64,000 nt of DNA from a virus, in IMG/VR virus record IMGVR_UViG_3300029319_000012, positions 42,406 through 106,405 of that record; one strand, 5' to 3'. The notes beneath the pieces are model-generated. The model searched no databases. It was given only the letters and a program-made list of their open reading frames with translations, and was not told the origin of the DNA. The stretch's first letter is position 1. The number at the start of each line of letters is the position of its first letter. This document shows, piece by piece, positions 42,101-50,972 of the stretch. The translations under genes and the position numbers were made by a program.

Positions 42101-42802
42101 TTATTTGAAACACCAGAAATATTAATTATGGATAAGCCACCAGTGCCTCCTTTTGTTGACTTGGTGCCATACCGCGCTGTTAATAATAGAATCAAAATTT
42201 TGTTTGATGGGCTTGTTGATCGATTTAGGGCTGAGCCAATAGTCTTGTTGGAGTCTGATGAGGAGCAATTTGCTAATGCAGCGAAAAGCCAATTTGCTTA
42301 CGATGGCAAAATTGAGTTTGGCTCAGATGACCCTATATCTACATTCCAAATATTTAGGACAGAAAAACATCCTGAGGTTTATGCTGATTTTGAATTTTAC
42401 CAAGCTGTCAATGCTAAAGTGTTTGAAGAAACAATCCAGCCTAATAAAAAATATTTTTATATTTTCAGAGCAGTTGATCCGCACGGTCATGTATCGAACC
42501 CAACTGCAATTTATGAGGTTGAACTAATTGATGAAGCAGGTGCAGTTAAGCCAAAGATAAGAACTGTAGACTTTAAAAAGCCAGACTTAACAGATGATGT
42601 AAAAGATGTTAAAAAATACATAATGATAAGACCATCATTAAAACAATTATATAATTCACAAAACCCAGAAGTGGATAGCATCTTTTCATCTGGTCTTAAC
42701 AAAAAGAGAAAAAAATATAAGCTACGATTAACATCTAAAATGACTGGTAAGAAAATAGATGTTAATTTATCATTTGAGAAGAAAATTAAAAATGGTGCCT
42801 AA
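39125..42802 (+). CDS. 1225-aa hypothetical virion protein with C-terminal FN3/Ig-like domains
   Basis: FVDTQVKY...YKYRV and IQPNKKYFYIFRAVDPHGHVSNP resemble fibronectin type III strand motifs. Confidence 0.65.
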   Translation: MFHNSSGDKFSNKPTSEKIEAAFGDPVDQDESGEDSEFSSDPFGTGNAAATEEGGTTNNQQIYSNQAPDEEVKSALDLIGSKEYFDSLQDGAGTSAGVRNQELAPGLSGQEVEKTSWAKTAMEKNEDLFVDPKTDGRYLSDFLAELVKRKKHEFADNSLIKQPTVGKTKTIVDNNSYALVPRDPSDFRKYDPNLKKSVQGNVSLSAFAGKDLLRIALGRNWDFSFLSAGHSEQVFGMNWRPPSLFQDEQVDLESCGPPKMVNIEGALQDDLGSLATEEKIVVSCDMPPKGNAFGGLADAEAKWVRFTKFGVTNDLASCPPIINSTQVFYDHYHEGQNPFNPEEQQTKVVPANAQVYNHTNYYNERIDSSEYESILSSRTQLHNCLPSIYGLASFVTRLGTNPASILTYQQSIEKFLSFYYVQTQSYLQSALNALGPTKQSQTAFDTNIIYKRPFEVLFSLYGSMGTQQYDPLQTSVLNLGYDNPLAVTTNIVQRIIDSKRKSATSYYGDVDSFFETYFNEYAYRITQDSQLNQPFGDNTKMALLEKSFTNIIFDPGVETKLDFLIDLYKDRFPFYTEISFTTANFSDLGQKIHDLNLNNLFIYHLAESNSQFRVNRFRENTTLLGLLDVLFPPVYVPPANIEAMTSALLPESDEPETSSIFAGLLAETVEDTEASVENQVDTGVDIPAESTLYDKSSIAPFVDYNYEALVSINNDGTTTTETTQVPVENEKRITDIFEMLNNYVESGIENYFVDFDSDTFDIRNFVSHMRASFDTPAQKQGEFGENLNDFLAKTAGVILRNELFSIYQTNKRSWLDIMEGKPAYTENLFYRIEKSLVTEASDRQVIQNIFIPNRNKTPDAIIKFVDTQVKYHTDMKYKYRVFVHRAVFGAKYYYRWFTGSDEGEAFLSNQGPYPRVGAATTTDEQLEQLQEDGTRLAGLNFYNPTTPDGTSAADMPGEEDGMLDASKFNHYEQFSAVFKAIVEPSVKIVDDLLFETPEILIMDKPPVPPFVDLVPYRAVNNRIKILFDGLVDRFRAEPIVLLESDEEQFANAAKSQFAYDGKIEFGSDDPISTFQIFRTEKHPEVYADFEFYQAVNAKVFEETIQPNKKYFYIFRAVDPHGHVSNPTAIYEVELIDEAGAVKPKIRTVDFKKPDLTDDVKDVKKYIMIRPSLKQLYNSQNPEVDSIFSSGLNKKRKKYKLRLTSKMTGKKIDVNLSFEKKIKNGA

Positions 42803-42825
42803 CATTAACATTATTAAAAATATCA

Positions 42826-42833
42826 ACTATTTA
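42826..42833 (+). promoter_or_regulatory. Candidate late promoter (ACTATTTA)
   Basis: Intergenic, directly before the AGGAG RBS of 42853; same octamer at 50961, 59607 and 61669. Confidence 0.6.
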
Positions 42834-42852
42834 ATAAGAAAGGAGTACATGC

Positions 42853-43950
42853 ATGGCTTTCTTAGATAACTCTGGCGACATTATTTTGGACGCCGTTCTA
42901 ACAGACACTGGAAGACTTAGATTAGCTCAAGGCGATGGAAGTTTTAAAATCGCAAAATTCGCATTAGGTGACGATGAGATTAATTATGGTCTATATGATA
43001 AGAATCACCCTAGTGGTTCTGCTTACTATGATCTGCAAATTTTGCAGACGCCCTCTCTTGAGGCGTTTACAAACAATACGTCAAACCTAAAGACAAAGCT
43101 TTTAACAATTAGCAGAACAAATATTTTGTTTATGCCTGTATTAAAGCTAAATCGCAATAATACCGGCGTAGCTACCAACCAGCCTGCATCTTCAAAAATG
43201 TATGGCAGGCAAGGTGCTGCTAGTGGAACAGATACATCTGATACAAGATTTTATGTTGCAGTTGATGAAGATACATATAGAGTCCTGTCGACAGCCAGAA
43301 CTGGTGGCGCTGTAGGCGCTGGCACTGCAGTGCCGACTTTTACTGGCGTTATCAAGGGCTATGGCACTGGTGTTGAGAATGTATCTCAAGATTTTATTCG
43401 CATTGACCAGGGCTTAGATACAAATGAACTAGCACCAGAGCTTGGACTAGATGCTGATTTAATTGAGAGTTCATTTTTAGTAGAGTTAGATTACCGACTC
43501 GGAAGAGTTAAGCCGCTAAATGTTAATGCACCAGCAGCAGTTAACTTTATTGATGATGACAATATTGCTTCTTATTACCTGAGCAACAATAGCTATGTTA
43601 ATAGAGCTGACATTATCACTCCTGCTGTCGCAAATGTTAACGGCGATTACTCCTCGACCACATTAGCTGCCAATAATAATCCGCAGGTTTTTGACGGTCC
43701 AAGAGGAACTTCCTTAGCTCTTAGAATACATGCATCTCAGGAGTTAAATTCCTCAACCTACTTATTTACACAATTAGGATTTCAAGAAGCAGCGTCTTCA
43801 AACGCTAGGCTTGGTCTTGGTGCTTCATCAGCAGACGGGCTTCTTGCAGGTAAAACTGCTTACTTTATTGATTCAACAGTTAGAATCGTAGGCGCTAACA
43901 CGGGATTCAGAATTGATATTCCAATCAGATATGTGAAGATTGACGACTAA
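42853..43950 (+). CDS. Tail/baseplate structural protein with tail-collar-like N-terminus
   Basis: MAFLDNSGDIILDAVLTDTGRLRLAQG...FALGDDEINY; AGGAG RBS. Confidence 0.65.
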   Translation: MAFLDNSGDIILDAVLTDTGRLRLAQGDGSFKIAKFALGDDEINYGLYDKNHPSGSAYYDLQILQTPSLEAFTNNTSNLKTKLLTISRTNILFMPVLKLNRNNTGVATNQPASSKMYGRQGAASGTDTSDTRFYVAVDEDTYRVLSTARTGGAVGAGTAVPTFTGVIKGYGTGVENVSQDFIRIDQGLDTNELAPELGLDADLIESSFLVELDYRLGRVKPLNVNAPAAVNFIDDDNIASYYLSNNSYVNRADIITPAVANVNGDYSSTTLAANNNPQVFDGPRGTSLALRIHASQELNSSTYLFTQLGFQEAASSNARLGLGASSADGLLAGKTAYFIDSTVRIVGANTGFRIDIPIRYVKIDD

Positions 43951-43961
43951 AGGTAAAAATT

Positions 43962-45095
43962 ATGGCTAGCACTTTTAAAAGATTATTAAACGATGACGTT
44001 GTAAACTCAAGAACGCTTCTTCACGAGGCTATTCCAATCACAGGTACAATTGTTTCTGGTGCCTACTTAGAAAATAATTTGCAGTCAAATGTTAAAACAT
44101 TTTCACATGGCATGTTTCAATCTGTTTATGACTATCCATTCTTAAGCTCATCTGCAAATCATATTTTCGATGTTACCTTTGGTCTTAGTTCGGATGCTAG
44201 CTCATCTGCAAATACACAAAACCAGAAAAAACTAAACGTATACAATCAAATGGCACAAGTTCTTATGGGCTACGATGTGAGCGGTAATATTAGAAAATTT
44301 GATGCCGATGGAACGCTAGATGATTCTGCAGGGCAGATGAATCAGTGCTTTTTTATCAATTTTTCTCGCTTGTTGGTCAAAGATGAAATTAAAAAGAACT
44401 CACTAAGACTTAAGCTTTTTACTTCTGGCGCTCTCGGCTTGCCAGGCGCAGCGGGAGTTGCAGATGGCAGAACAACACTAAAGACAATTGGAGATTATAT
44501 CTCTGAAAACGAATATAGAACTAGCCCTGCTGGTGATTATGGTCTTTTGTTTACAGCTTCTGCAACAACTGGAGAAGAATACGCATCTGTTGGTTTGGTA
44601 TTCTATCAAGCTGGCATTGTTGTGTTGACTAGTTCAATTTTTATTGGTGAGTTTGGAACACCAACGACAAGCACCTTTGGTGGCGCGACCGCATTTAATC
44701 CAGCTACTTTTAGAGTAGACTCTAGAGCAGGCGGCACAAACGATGGACCAACTGGGTCTTTTAGAGCCGGTCGAGACTTAACAATTGAGCAGCTCGGCGA
44801 TGGCTTACGGTATGCTATCAATGACATTGATATCAACAATACAATTGAGCTAAATTCAACAATTTATTTCTGTCGTGCACACCACAATGAATTTAATTAC
44901 AGCTCTAATCCAACTTATGTAAGTGGAAGCAAACTAGTTGTTAAAAACAACGTTAATGATCTACCTGTTAGTTACATTACCACTATCGGACTATACTCGG
45001 CAGATAACGAAATGTTAGCAGCTGCAAAGCTCTCCGAGCCAATTCGAAAAGATCCGAATACAGAGTTAACATTAAGAGTTAGGCTTGATTACTAG
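43962..45095 (+). CDS. Tail/baseplate structural protein (paralog of 45107)
   Basis: C-terminal FNYSSNPTY...YITTIGLY...MLAAAKLSEPIRK...VRLDY shared with the next gene. Confidence 0.65.
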   Translation: MASTFKRLLNDDVVNSRTLLHEAIPITGTIVSGAYLENNLQSNVKTFSHGMFQSVYDYPFLSSSANHIFDVTFGLSSDASSSANTQNQKKLNVYNQMAQVLMGYDVSGNIRKFDADGTLDDSAGQMNQCFFINFSRLLVKDEIKKNSLRLKLFTSGALGLPGAAGVADGRTTLKTIGDYISENEYRTSPAGDYGLLFTASATTGEEYASVGLVFYQAGIVVLTSSIFIGEFGTPTTSTFGGATAFNPATFRVDSRAGGTNDGPTGSFRAGRDLTIEQLGDGLRYAINDIDINNTIELNSTIYFCRAHHNEFNYSSNPTYVSGSKLVVKNNVNDLPVSYITTIGLYSADNEMLAAAKLSEPIRKDPNTELTLRVRLDY

Positions 45096-45106
45096 GAGGT
45101 CAGCTA

Positions 45107-46312
45107 ATGCCCTCACATGAATCGACTTACGGTAGCTTTTTTAAGTTTAATAAAGATGATTTCTTTATTAACAGAGTTAAAACCTATCCTAAGAGTGAAT
45201 TTTTTGTCTACACTGGATCAGTTTATTATAACAATCAAGATCAAGCCGGCGACGAATATACTGACATTAGCCATGGCAATATTAGTCTTTATGAACTGAA
45301 TGTTGGAAGAGATGGCACTGATCTTATTCATCAATTTTTTGAAAAGAAAGGGTCTTTTACAGCCTTTAAAACTGTCTCTACAGCAGATTTTACGCATAAC
45401 TATAAGAATATTGACGGCGACTTAAGGGTTCTTGGTGAGGCTTACCCTCTTCAAGCAGGAATAACTTCAATGCAATATCCTGCCGGCGCCACTTTAAAAA
45501 ATAATCTTGGAGGGTTGCAAAGATTAAGGGCGCTAAAAAACACTTTTAATTTTTACACTCCGTTTAGCCCACATTACAATTACAGCTATGCAGATAGAAG
45601 TGTGACTGCCTCTTTTGAGGAAACTCAATTGAGCATGATTCAAGTGCCATCTATATTTTATGGCTCATCAATAAAAAAAGGATCAATTAGATTAAAGTAT
45701 TATATTACGGGCACTCTTATTGCAGAGGCTGCAGATATAAATAAAAATGGCGAACTAATACAAACAACTGGAGCGCATGGACTTAACCACACTGTTGGGG
45801 TTGTATTATACAATGAGGGCTTCATGTTCCTTACTGGTGCTACCTCCATTGAGACACATAATTCTGCCAAAGATACCTATTCAACATCCTCTGGAATATC
45901 AGCAGTTTCGCCAGCTTGGATTCATTTTGGCATTACAGGATCACACACTAAATCACCAAAGTCATCTTACAATATTGAGTTTGAGGGTGTTAATTATGTT
46001 GAGACCCTTACAATGCTAGCACATGCTGATAAAACTAAATTAAATTTTTCTAATAATCCAACTTTTATAACTGGAAGCGTAACAGGCTCTGTGTCGTCAA
46101 AGAGCTATTATGAGCATGGCTCGGCAGGTATCGCTAACATTGTTTCAAGCAGCTATAAAAACTATTCTGCTAGCTTTGAGCCCATTACATATATAACAAA
46201 AGTTGGTATTTATGACGACAATAAAAACTTAATAGCAGTTGCCTCACTTGCAAATCCTGTTAAAAAGACTCAAAGCTCAAACTATACATTTAAACTAAAA
46301 CTGGACATTTGA
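45107..46312 (+). CDS. Tail/baseplate structural protein (paralog of 43962)
   Basis: LNFSNNPTF...YITKVGIY...LIAVASLANPVKK...LKLDI; AGGAGG RBS. Confidence 0.65.
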   Translation: MPSHESTYGSFFKFNKDDFFINRVKTYPKSEFFVYTGSVYYNNQDQAGDEYTDISHGNISLYELNVGRDGTDLIHQFFEKKGSFTAFKTVSTADFTHNYKNIDGDLRVLGEAYPLQAGITSMQYPAGATLKNNLGGLQRLRALKNTFNFYTPFSPHYNYSYADRSVTASFEETQLSMIQVPSIFYGSSIKKGSIRLKYYITGTLIAEAADINKNGELIQTTGAHGLNHTVGVVLYNEGFMFLTGATSIETHNSAKDTYSTSSGISAVSPAWIHFGITGSHTKSPKSSYNIEFEGVNYVETLTMLAHADKTKLNFSNNPTFITGSVTGSVSSKSYYEHGSAGIANIVSSSYKNYSASFEPITYITKVGIYDDNKNLIAVASLANPVKKTQSSNYTFKLKLDI

Positions 46313-46318
46313 TATAAT
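46289..46318 (+). promoter_or_regulatory. Sigma70-type extended -10 promoter
   Basis: TGaTATAAT at 46310-46318 with a weak -35 (TTTAAA/TTAAAC ~46289-46295); ATG 6 nt downstream with no SD. Confidence 0.6.
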
Positions 46319-46324
46319 ATATTA

Positions 46325-46858
46325 ATGATTTTAGGTTTGGATATAAGCACCAGTATCACGGGTGCAACAATTATGAGTAACAATGGAGATATTCTTTTTT
46401 GCGAAGCGTGGGATATGCGGAACAAAAGATACTTTCCATCTTTTTTTGATAAAGCTAAATTTATTAAATCTAAAATTTGCGAACTAAAAAATAAGTTTCA
46501 AATTAAAGAGATTTATATTGAACAATCCTTGCAGAGCTTTCGCAGTGGTTTTTCTTCAGCTAAGACATTATCAACGCTATCTCGTTTTAATGGTATTGTT
46601 TCGTGGCTATGCTATGAGTTGTTTAATCTTGAACCTCAGTATATCGCGGCAACATCAGCTAGAAAAAAATGTGGGATTACAATACCAAAAGGATCCAAGG
46701 CAAAACAAGTTGTTATGCAATATGTGATTGACAATGTGCCAGATGTTTCTATAACTTACACTAAGAACGACAATCCAAAGCCTCACTGTTATGATATGGC
46801 AGATAGCTGGGTGATTGCAAAAGCTGGATTAGTAGATTGGCAGAGCAGAAAAAGCTAG
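46325..46858 (+). CDS. RuvC-like Holliday junction resolvase
   Basis: MILGLDISTSITG, IYIEQ and DMADS supply the RuvC D/E/D-x-x-D catalytic set. Confidence 0.85.
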   Translation: MILGLDISTSITGATIMSNNGDILFCEAWDMRNKRYFPSFFDKAKFIKSKICELKNKFQIKEIYIEQSLQSFRSGFSSAKTLSTLSRFNGIVSWLCYELFNLEPQYIAATSARKKCGITIPKGSKAKQVVMQYVIDNVPDVSITYTKNDNPKPHCYDMADSWVIAKAGLVDWQSRKS

Positions 46859-47775
46859 ATATATTAAAAAACATTCTTGGACGGTATCAGTATGAAAGCA
46901 AAGAGCAGCTTCTTTTTTCATGCCCTAAGTGCGAGCACCACAAGAAGAAGCTTTCTATAAATGTTGCAAGAAATGTCTTTAAATGTTGGGTATGCGGCTG
47001 GTCAGGTAGAGATCTTTACAGAATAGTAAAATCTTTTGGTTCTTTCACAGAAAAACAAACATGGCGCGCCCTAACACAAAAAGTAGAAATTAGTAATTTT
47101 TATGATGTCTTGTTTGGTGAAAAACAAGAATATAAAGAAACTTTGGAGCTGCCTGTTGGTTTTGTATCATTGGTAAACAAGAATCTGCCACCAACTGCAG
47201 CTTATCCTTTAAATTATCTTGAGAGCAGAGGCATCAATAAATTTGATATTGTAAAATGGAAGATAGGATACTGCACAAAAGGTCCCTTCGAAGGTAGGAT
47301 CATTATACCATCTTTTGATTTATGTGGCGATTTAAATTACTTTATTGCACGTGCATATGACGGTCATTGGAAAAGATATAAAAACCCAACTGTTTCAAAG
47401 AATATTATTTTTAATGAGCTTTATTTAGATTTTTTTGAAGAAGTTACCTTGGTCGAAGGTGTGTTTGATGCAATCAAAGCTGGAGAAAACTCAATACCTT
47501 TGCTGGGCTCTACTTTAAATGAGAGTTCAAAATTGTTTCGTAAGATTGTGGAGAATGATTCAACGGTCTATCTGGCTTTAGATTCAGATGCAGATAGAAA
47601 GACAAATGATATAATCGATTCTCTGTTAAGACATGACATTGAAGTTTATAAAATTAATATTGGTGATTTTTCTGATGTTGGTGAGATGAGCCATGAGCAA
47701 TTTAAATATTACAAATCATTAGCCGAGCCAATTAATTCAGAACAACATTTTTATAATAAAATTGTCAACCTGTAA
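46837..47775 (+). CDS. DnaG-type DNA primase (Zn finger + TOPRIM)
   Basis: CPKC...H...FKCWVC zinc finger, YLESRGI, RIIIPS, FIAR, LVEGVFDAI, LALDSDA; TTG start uncertain. Confidence 0.88.
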   Translation: MAEQKKLDILKNILGRYQYESKEQLLFSCPKCEHHKKKLSINVARNVFKCWVCGWSGRDLYRIVKSFGSFTEKQTWRALTQKVEISNFYDVLFGEKQEYKETLELPVGFVSLVNKNLPPTAAYPLNYLESRGINKFDIVKWKIGYCTKGPFEGRIIIPSFDLCGDLNYFIARAYDGHWKRYKNPTVSKNIIFNELYLDFFEEVTLVEGVFDAIKAGENSIPLLGSTLNESSKLFRKIVENDSTVYLALDSDADRKTNDIIDSLLRHDIEVYKINIGDFSDVGEMSHEQFKYYKSLAEPINSEQHFYNKIVNL

Positions 47776-47789
47776 AAGGTTGCTATATT
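47762..47789 (+). promoter_or_regulatory. Sigma70-type promoter candidate with an internal inverted repeat
   Basis: TTGTCA (47762-47767), TGcTATATT (47781-47789), CAACCT-N5-AGGTTG between them, AGGAG at 47796. Confidence 0.45.
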
Positions 47790-47804
47790 TTACACAGGAG
47801 TGCT

Positions 47805-50800
47805 ATGAAGTTTGCACATATAGCGGATACTCATATTCGCAATTTAAAGTTTCACAAGGAATATAGAGAGGTTTTTGCACAGCTTTATAAAAAGCTGCAA
47901 AAGCTTAAGCCAGATTACATTATACATTGTGGGGATATCGCACATACAAAAACTCAGATTAGTCCAGAGTTTGTTGAGATGTGCTCTGACTTTCTCAAAA
48001 ATTTAGCAGATATCGCACCCACTTATGTTATTCTGGGTAATCATGACGGCAATTTAAAAAATTCTAGTCGTCAAGACGCATTAACACCTATCGTTAATGC
48101 GTTAGAGCATGATTCATTATATTTACTTAAGGATTCAGGAGAGGTAATACTAAATGACCAATTTGCAATCAACGTTCTTTCAGTTTTTGACAGAGACAAT
48201 TGGCAGGACCCCACCGACAATAACCGAGTTAACATTGGTTTGTACCACGGTTCTATTAGTGGTATAAAAACTGATACTGGCTGGGTAATGGAGCACGGCG
48301 AAAATGATATCAGCATTTTTAATAATTTTGACTACGGCTTTCTTGGTGATATCCACAAGACAAACCAAAGTTTAAATGAAAGTGGCACAATAAGATACTG
48401 TGGTTCCACAGTTCAACAGAATCATGGTGAAAGCAATGATAAGGGTTTTCTTGTTTGGGATATTCAAGACAAAGACAACTATACTTGCGAGCATCATATT
48501 TTATTAAATCCTAAGCCTTTTATAAGTTTAGGTTTGACGCCCAAGGGTAGGTTGCCTCAGAAGCCTGAAGTACAAAAAGGTGCAAGATTAAGGCTAATTT
48601 CTGAGAATAATTTACCTTTAGATGCCATTCGTCGAGCAGTCGATGCAGCCAAAGTGCGCTTTAAGCCAGAGTCAGTGACCTACCTTAATAGAAATGCAGG
48701 TAATCATGGCAGTGTCGACAGTTTAGCTAATAAACTTTTTAAAGAAAATCTTCGTGATATTGCTGTGCAGGAAGAGTTGATCAAAGAATACTTGTCTGAC
48801 TATCAGCCTGATGACGATACGTTAGCTTCTATCTTCGAAATGAATAAGAAGTATAATATGATTGTCGAGAAAGAAGAAGAAACTAAGCGCAATGTTAATT
48901 GGCAGCTAAAATCTTTAGAGTGGGATAATCTTTTTAATTACGGTGAAGGCAACAAAGTTCAATTTTCATCACTTGATGGTATTGTTGGTATTCTTGGTAA
49001 GAACTTCTCTGGCAAGTCAAGCGTGATTGATAGCTTACTATACACCTTGTATAACACTACGTCAAAGAAAAATAGAAAAAACTATAATATCATTAACCAG
49101 AACGAAGAAAACGCTCGTGGCAAAGTTCAGATTGATATTGGCACAAAGACATACACAATTGAAAGAAAAAGTACAAAATATGTTAAGCGTCTCAAGGGCA
49201 AAGAAACCAATGAGGCTAAGACAGACGTAGAGTTTACTGTTTTTGACAACGCAACGGAAGTTGAGACTAGTTTAAATGGAATCACAAGACTAGAGACTGA
49301 CAAAAACATTCGCAAGGTGTTTGGCACACTAGATGACTTTCTTACAACGTCTATGGCTAGCCAGCTGGAGTCTTTATCGTTTATCAATGAGGGTTCTGTA
49401 AAAAGAAAAGAGACATTGGCAAAGTTCCTGGACCTTGAGTTTTTCGAGCAGAAGTTCAAACTAGCAAAAGAAGAGTCATCAGATCTCAAAGGCGCTATCA
49501 AAAAAATGCAAGATCGTGACTTTGATGCAGATATTAAAGAATCTGACACTGAGCTAGCTAGAGTTCAAACTGAGTTAATGAACAAGCAAAGACTGGAACA
49601 AGAAAAGCTAGAGCACATATCTGATCTTAAGTCTAATCTAGCAAACACACAAAAGCAAATTGACTCTGTACCGGAAGAAGTTGTTGATATCAAAAAGGTA
49701 TTAAAGAATTTAAAGAAAATAGAAAAGCAAGCCGCTGTTTTAAAAACTAATTTAGATAAGAAGCAGGAGGAGTTCGCGCATGATAACAAATTTTTACAAA
49801 AAATTGAAACATTCCTCGGGAGTTTTGATATTGAAAATGTTAATAGTGAAAAACAAACTGCAGCAAGATATCGAGAAGAGCTGCGAGAAATGGAACGAGA
49901 TTTTGAGCAATACGAAAAAAGAAGAGTAGTAATTGATGACAAGATAAGTTTTATGAAAGCTGCTCCATGTTCTTTAGCTTTGCAAGATAAATGTCAGTTT
50001 ATATCAGATGTCAGAAGGGCTGCTGATGATCTGAATAGGGTAAAGATTGGAATGAATCAGTTAACCTTAGTCAAGAACAAAAAACAACAGCAGCTAGACA
50101 ACATTAATGAAGTAAAGCTTGATGAGTATTCAAAAAAGTATACACAATTAATGGAGAAAAGAATTAGCGTGAAAGATGCTGTTTCAAAGCTTGAAGTTGA
50201 CATTGAAAAAGATAAGCTACAAGTTTTGAAAGCTCAAGGCATTCTTAAGGATCTTAAAGCAAAAGAGGCATTATACGAACAACATCGTGATGCTATTGAA
50301 AATGTTGAAGGTCTTGTTTTAGAAAAAGACAGATTATTGAAAAAAATTGATGTCGCCACAACAGACATGTCAGCCTTCAGAGGACAAATTGCGAAGCTGC
50401 ATCAGTCTGTTGGTCGAGAAGAAGAGCGAAACCAGCAGATTAAAAACCAAAAGCAAGATTTTGAAGATATGCAAAAAGAATTTACTGCTGCACATCTTTT
50501 TATGACTTGCATGCACGCCAATGGCATTTCATATGATATTATTAAAAAGCGCTTGCCTATTATTAATGATGAGATTGCAAAAACATTAAGCAACATTGTC
50601 GACTTCGAAGTTAACTTTGAAAACGATGATAAGAAACTAGACATTGCGATTAAACATCCAGCATATGATGCAAGACCCATTGAGATGGGCTCTGGTGCAG
50701 AGAAAACAATTGCAGCTATGGCTATTCGTTTAGCTCTTTTAAACGTTTCCACACTTCCAAAAGGTGATGTATTTATTCTTGATGAGCCAGGCACTGCCCT

Positions 50801-50960
50801 TGATGCAGATAATATGGAAGGCTTTATTAGAATTCTTGATATGATCAAGACACAATTTAAAACTGTCCTTCTTATATCGCACTTAGACTCATTAAAAGAT
50901 ATTGTCGATTCTCAAATTATGATTGAGAAACTAGAAGGTAAAGCATATGTCAATGAATAG
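47805..50960 (+). CDS. Fused SbcD/Mre11 nuclease and SbcC/Rad50 ATPase (T4 gp47-gp46-like) in one polypeptide
   Basis: ADTH, CGD, GNHD, YHG, GDIH phosphoesterase motifs, then GKNFSGKSS Walker A, long coiled coil, GSGAEK signature, FILDEP Walker B, ISH. Confidence 0.92.
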   Translation: MKFAHIADTHIRNLKFHKEYREVFAQLYKKLQKLKPDYIIHCGDIAHTKTQISPEFVEMCSDFLKNLADIAPTYVILGNHDGNLKNSSRQDALTPIVNALEHDSLYLLKDSGEVILNDQFAINVLSVFDRDNWQDPTDNNRVNIGLYHGSISGIKTDTGWVMEHGENDISIFNNFDYGFLGDIHKTNQSLNESGTIRYCGSTVQQNHGESNDKGFLVWDIQDKDNYTCEHHILLNPKPFISLGLTPKGRLPQKPEVQKGARLRLISENNLPLDAIRRAVDAAKVRFKPESVTYLNRNAGNHGSVDSLANKLFKENLRDIAVQEELIKEYLSDYQPDDDTLASIFEMNKKYNMIVEKEEETKRNVNWQLKSLEWDNLFNYGEGNKVQFSSLDGIVGILGKNFSGKSSVIDSLLYTLYNTTSKKNRKNYNIINQNEENARGKVQIDIGTKTYTIERKSTKYVKRLKGKETNEAKTDVEFTVFDNATEVETSLNGITRLETDKNIRKVFGTLDDFLTTSMASQLESLSFINEGSVKRKETLAKFLDLEFFEQKFKLAKEESSDLKGAIKKMQDRDFDADIKESDTELARVQTELMNKQRLEQEKLEHISDLKSNLANTQKQIDSVPEEVVDIKKVLKNLKKIEKQAAVLKTNLDKKQEEFAHDNKFLQKIETFLGSFDIENVNSEKQTAARYREELREMERDFEQYEKRRVVIDDKISFMKAAPCSLALQDKCQFISDVRRAADDLNRVKIGMNQLTLVKNKKQQQLDNINEVKLDEYSKKYTQLMEKRISVKDAVSKLEVDIEKDKLQVLKAQGILKDLKAKEALYEQHRDAIENVEGLVLEKDRLLKKIDVATTDMSAFRGQIAKLHQSVGREEERNQQIKNQKQDFEDMQKEFTAAHLFMTCMHANGISYDIIKKRLPIINDEIAKTLSNIVDFEVNFENDDKKLDIAIKHPAYDARPIEMGSGAEKTIAAMAIRLALLNVSTLPKGDVFILDEPGTALDADNMEGFIRILDMIKTQFKTVLLISHLDSLKDIVDSQIMIEKLEGKAYVNE

Positions 50961-50968
50961 ACTATTTA
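50961..50968 (+). promoter_or_regulatory. Candidate late promoter (ACTATTTA)
   Basis: Occupies most of a 12-nt intergenic gap, 4 nt before GTG 50973. Confidence 0.6.
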
Positions 50969-50972
50969 TAAC

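Noticed and set aside
3113-46312. Bacterial contractile injection system (eCIS/T6SS) rather than phage
   Set aside because: The same contiguous unit contains terminase, portal, protease, scaffold, capsid and primase
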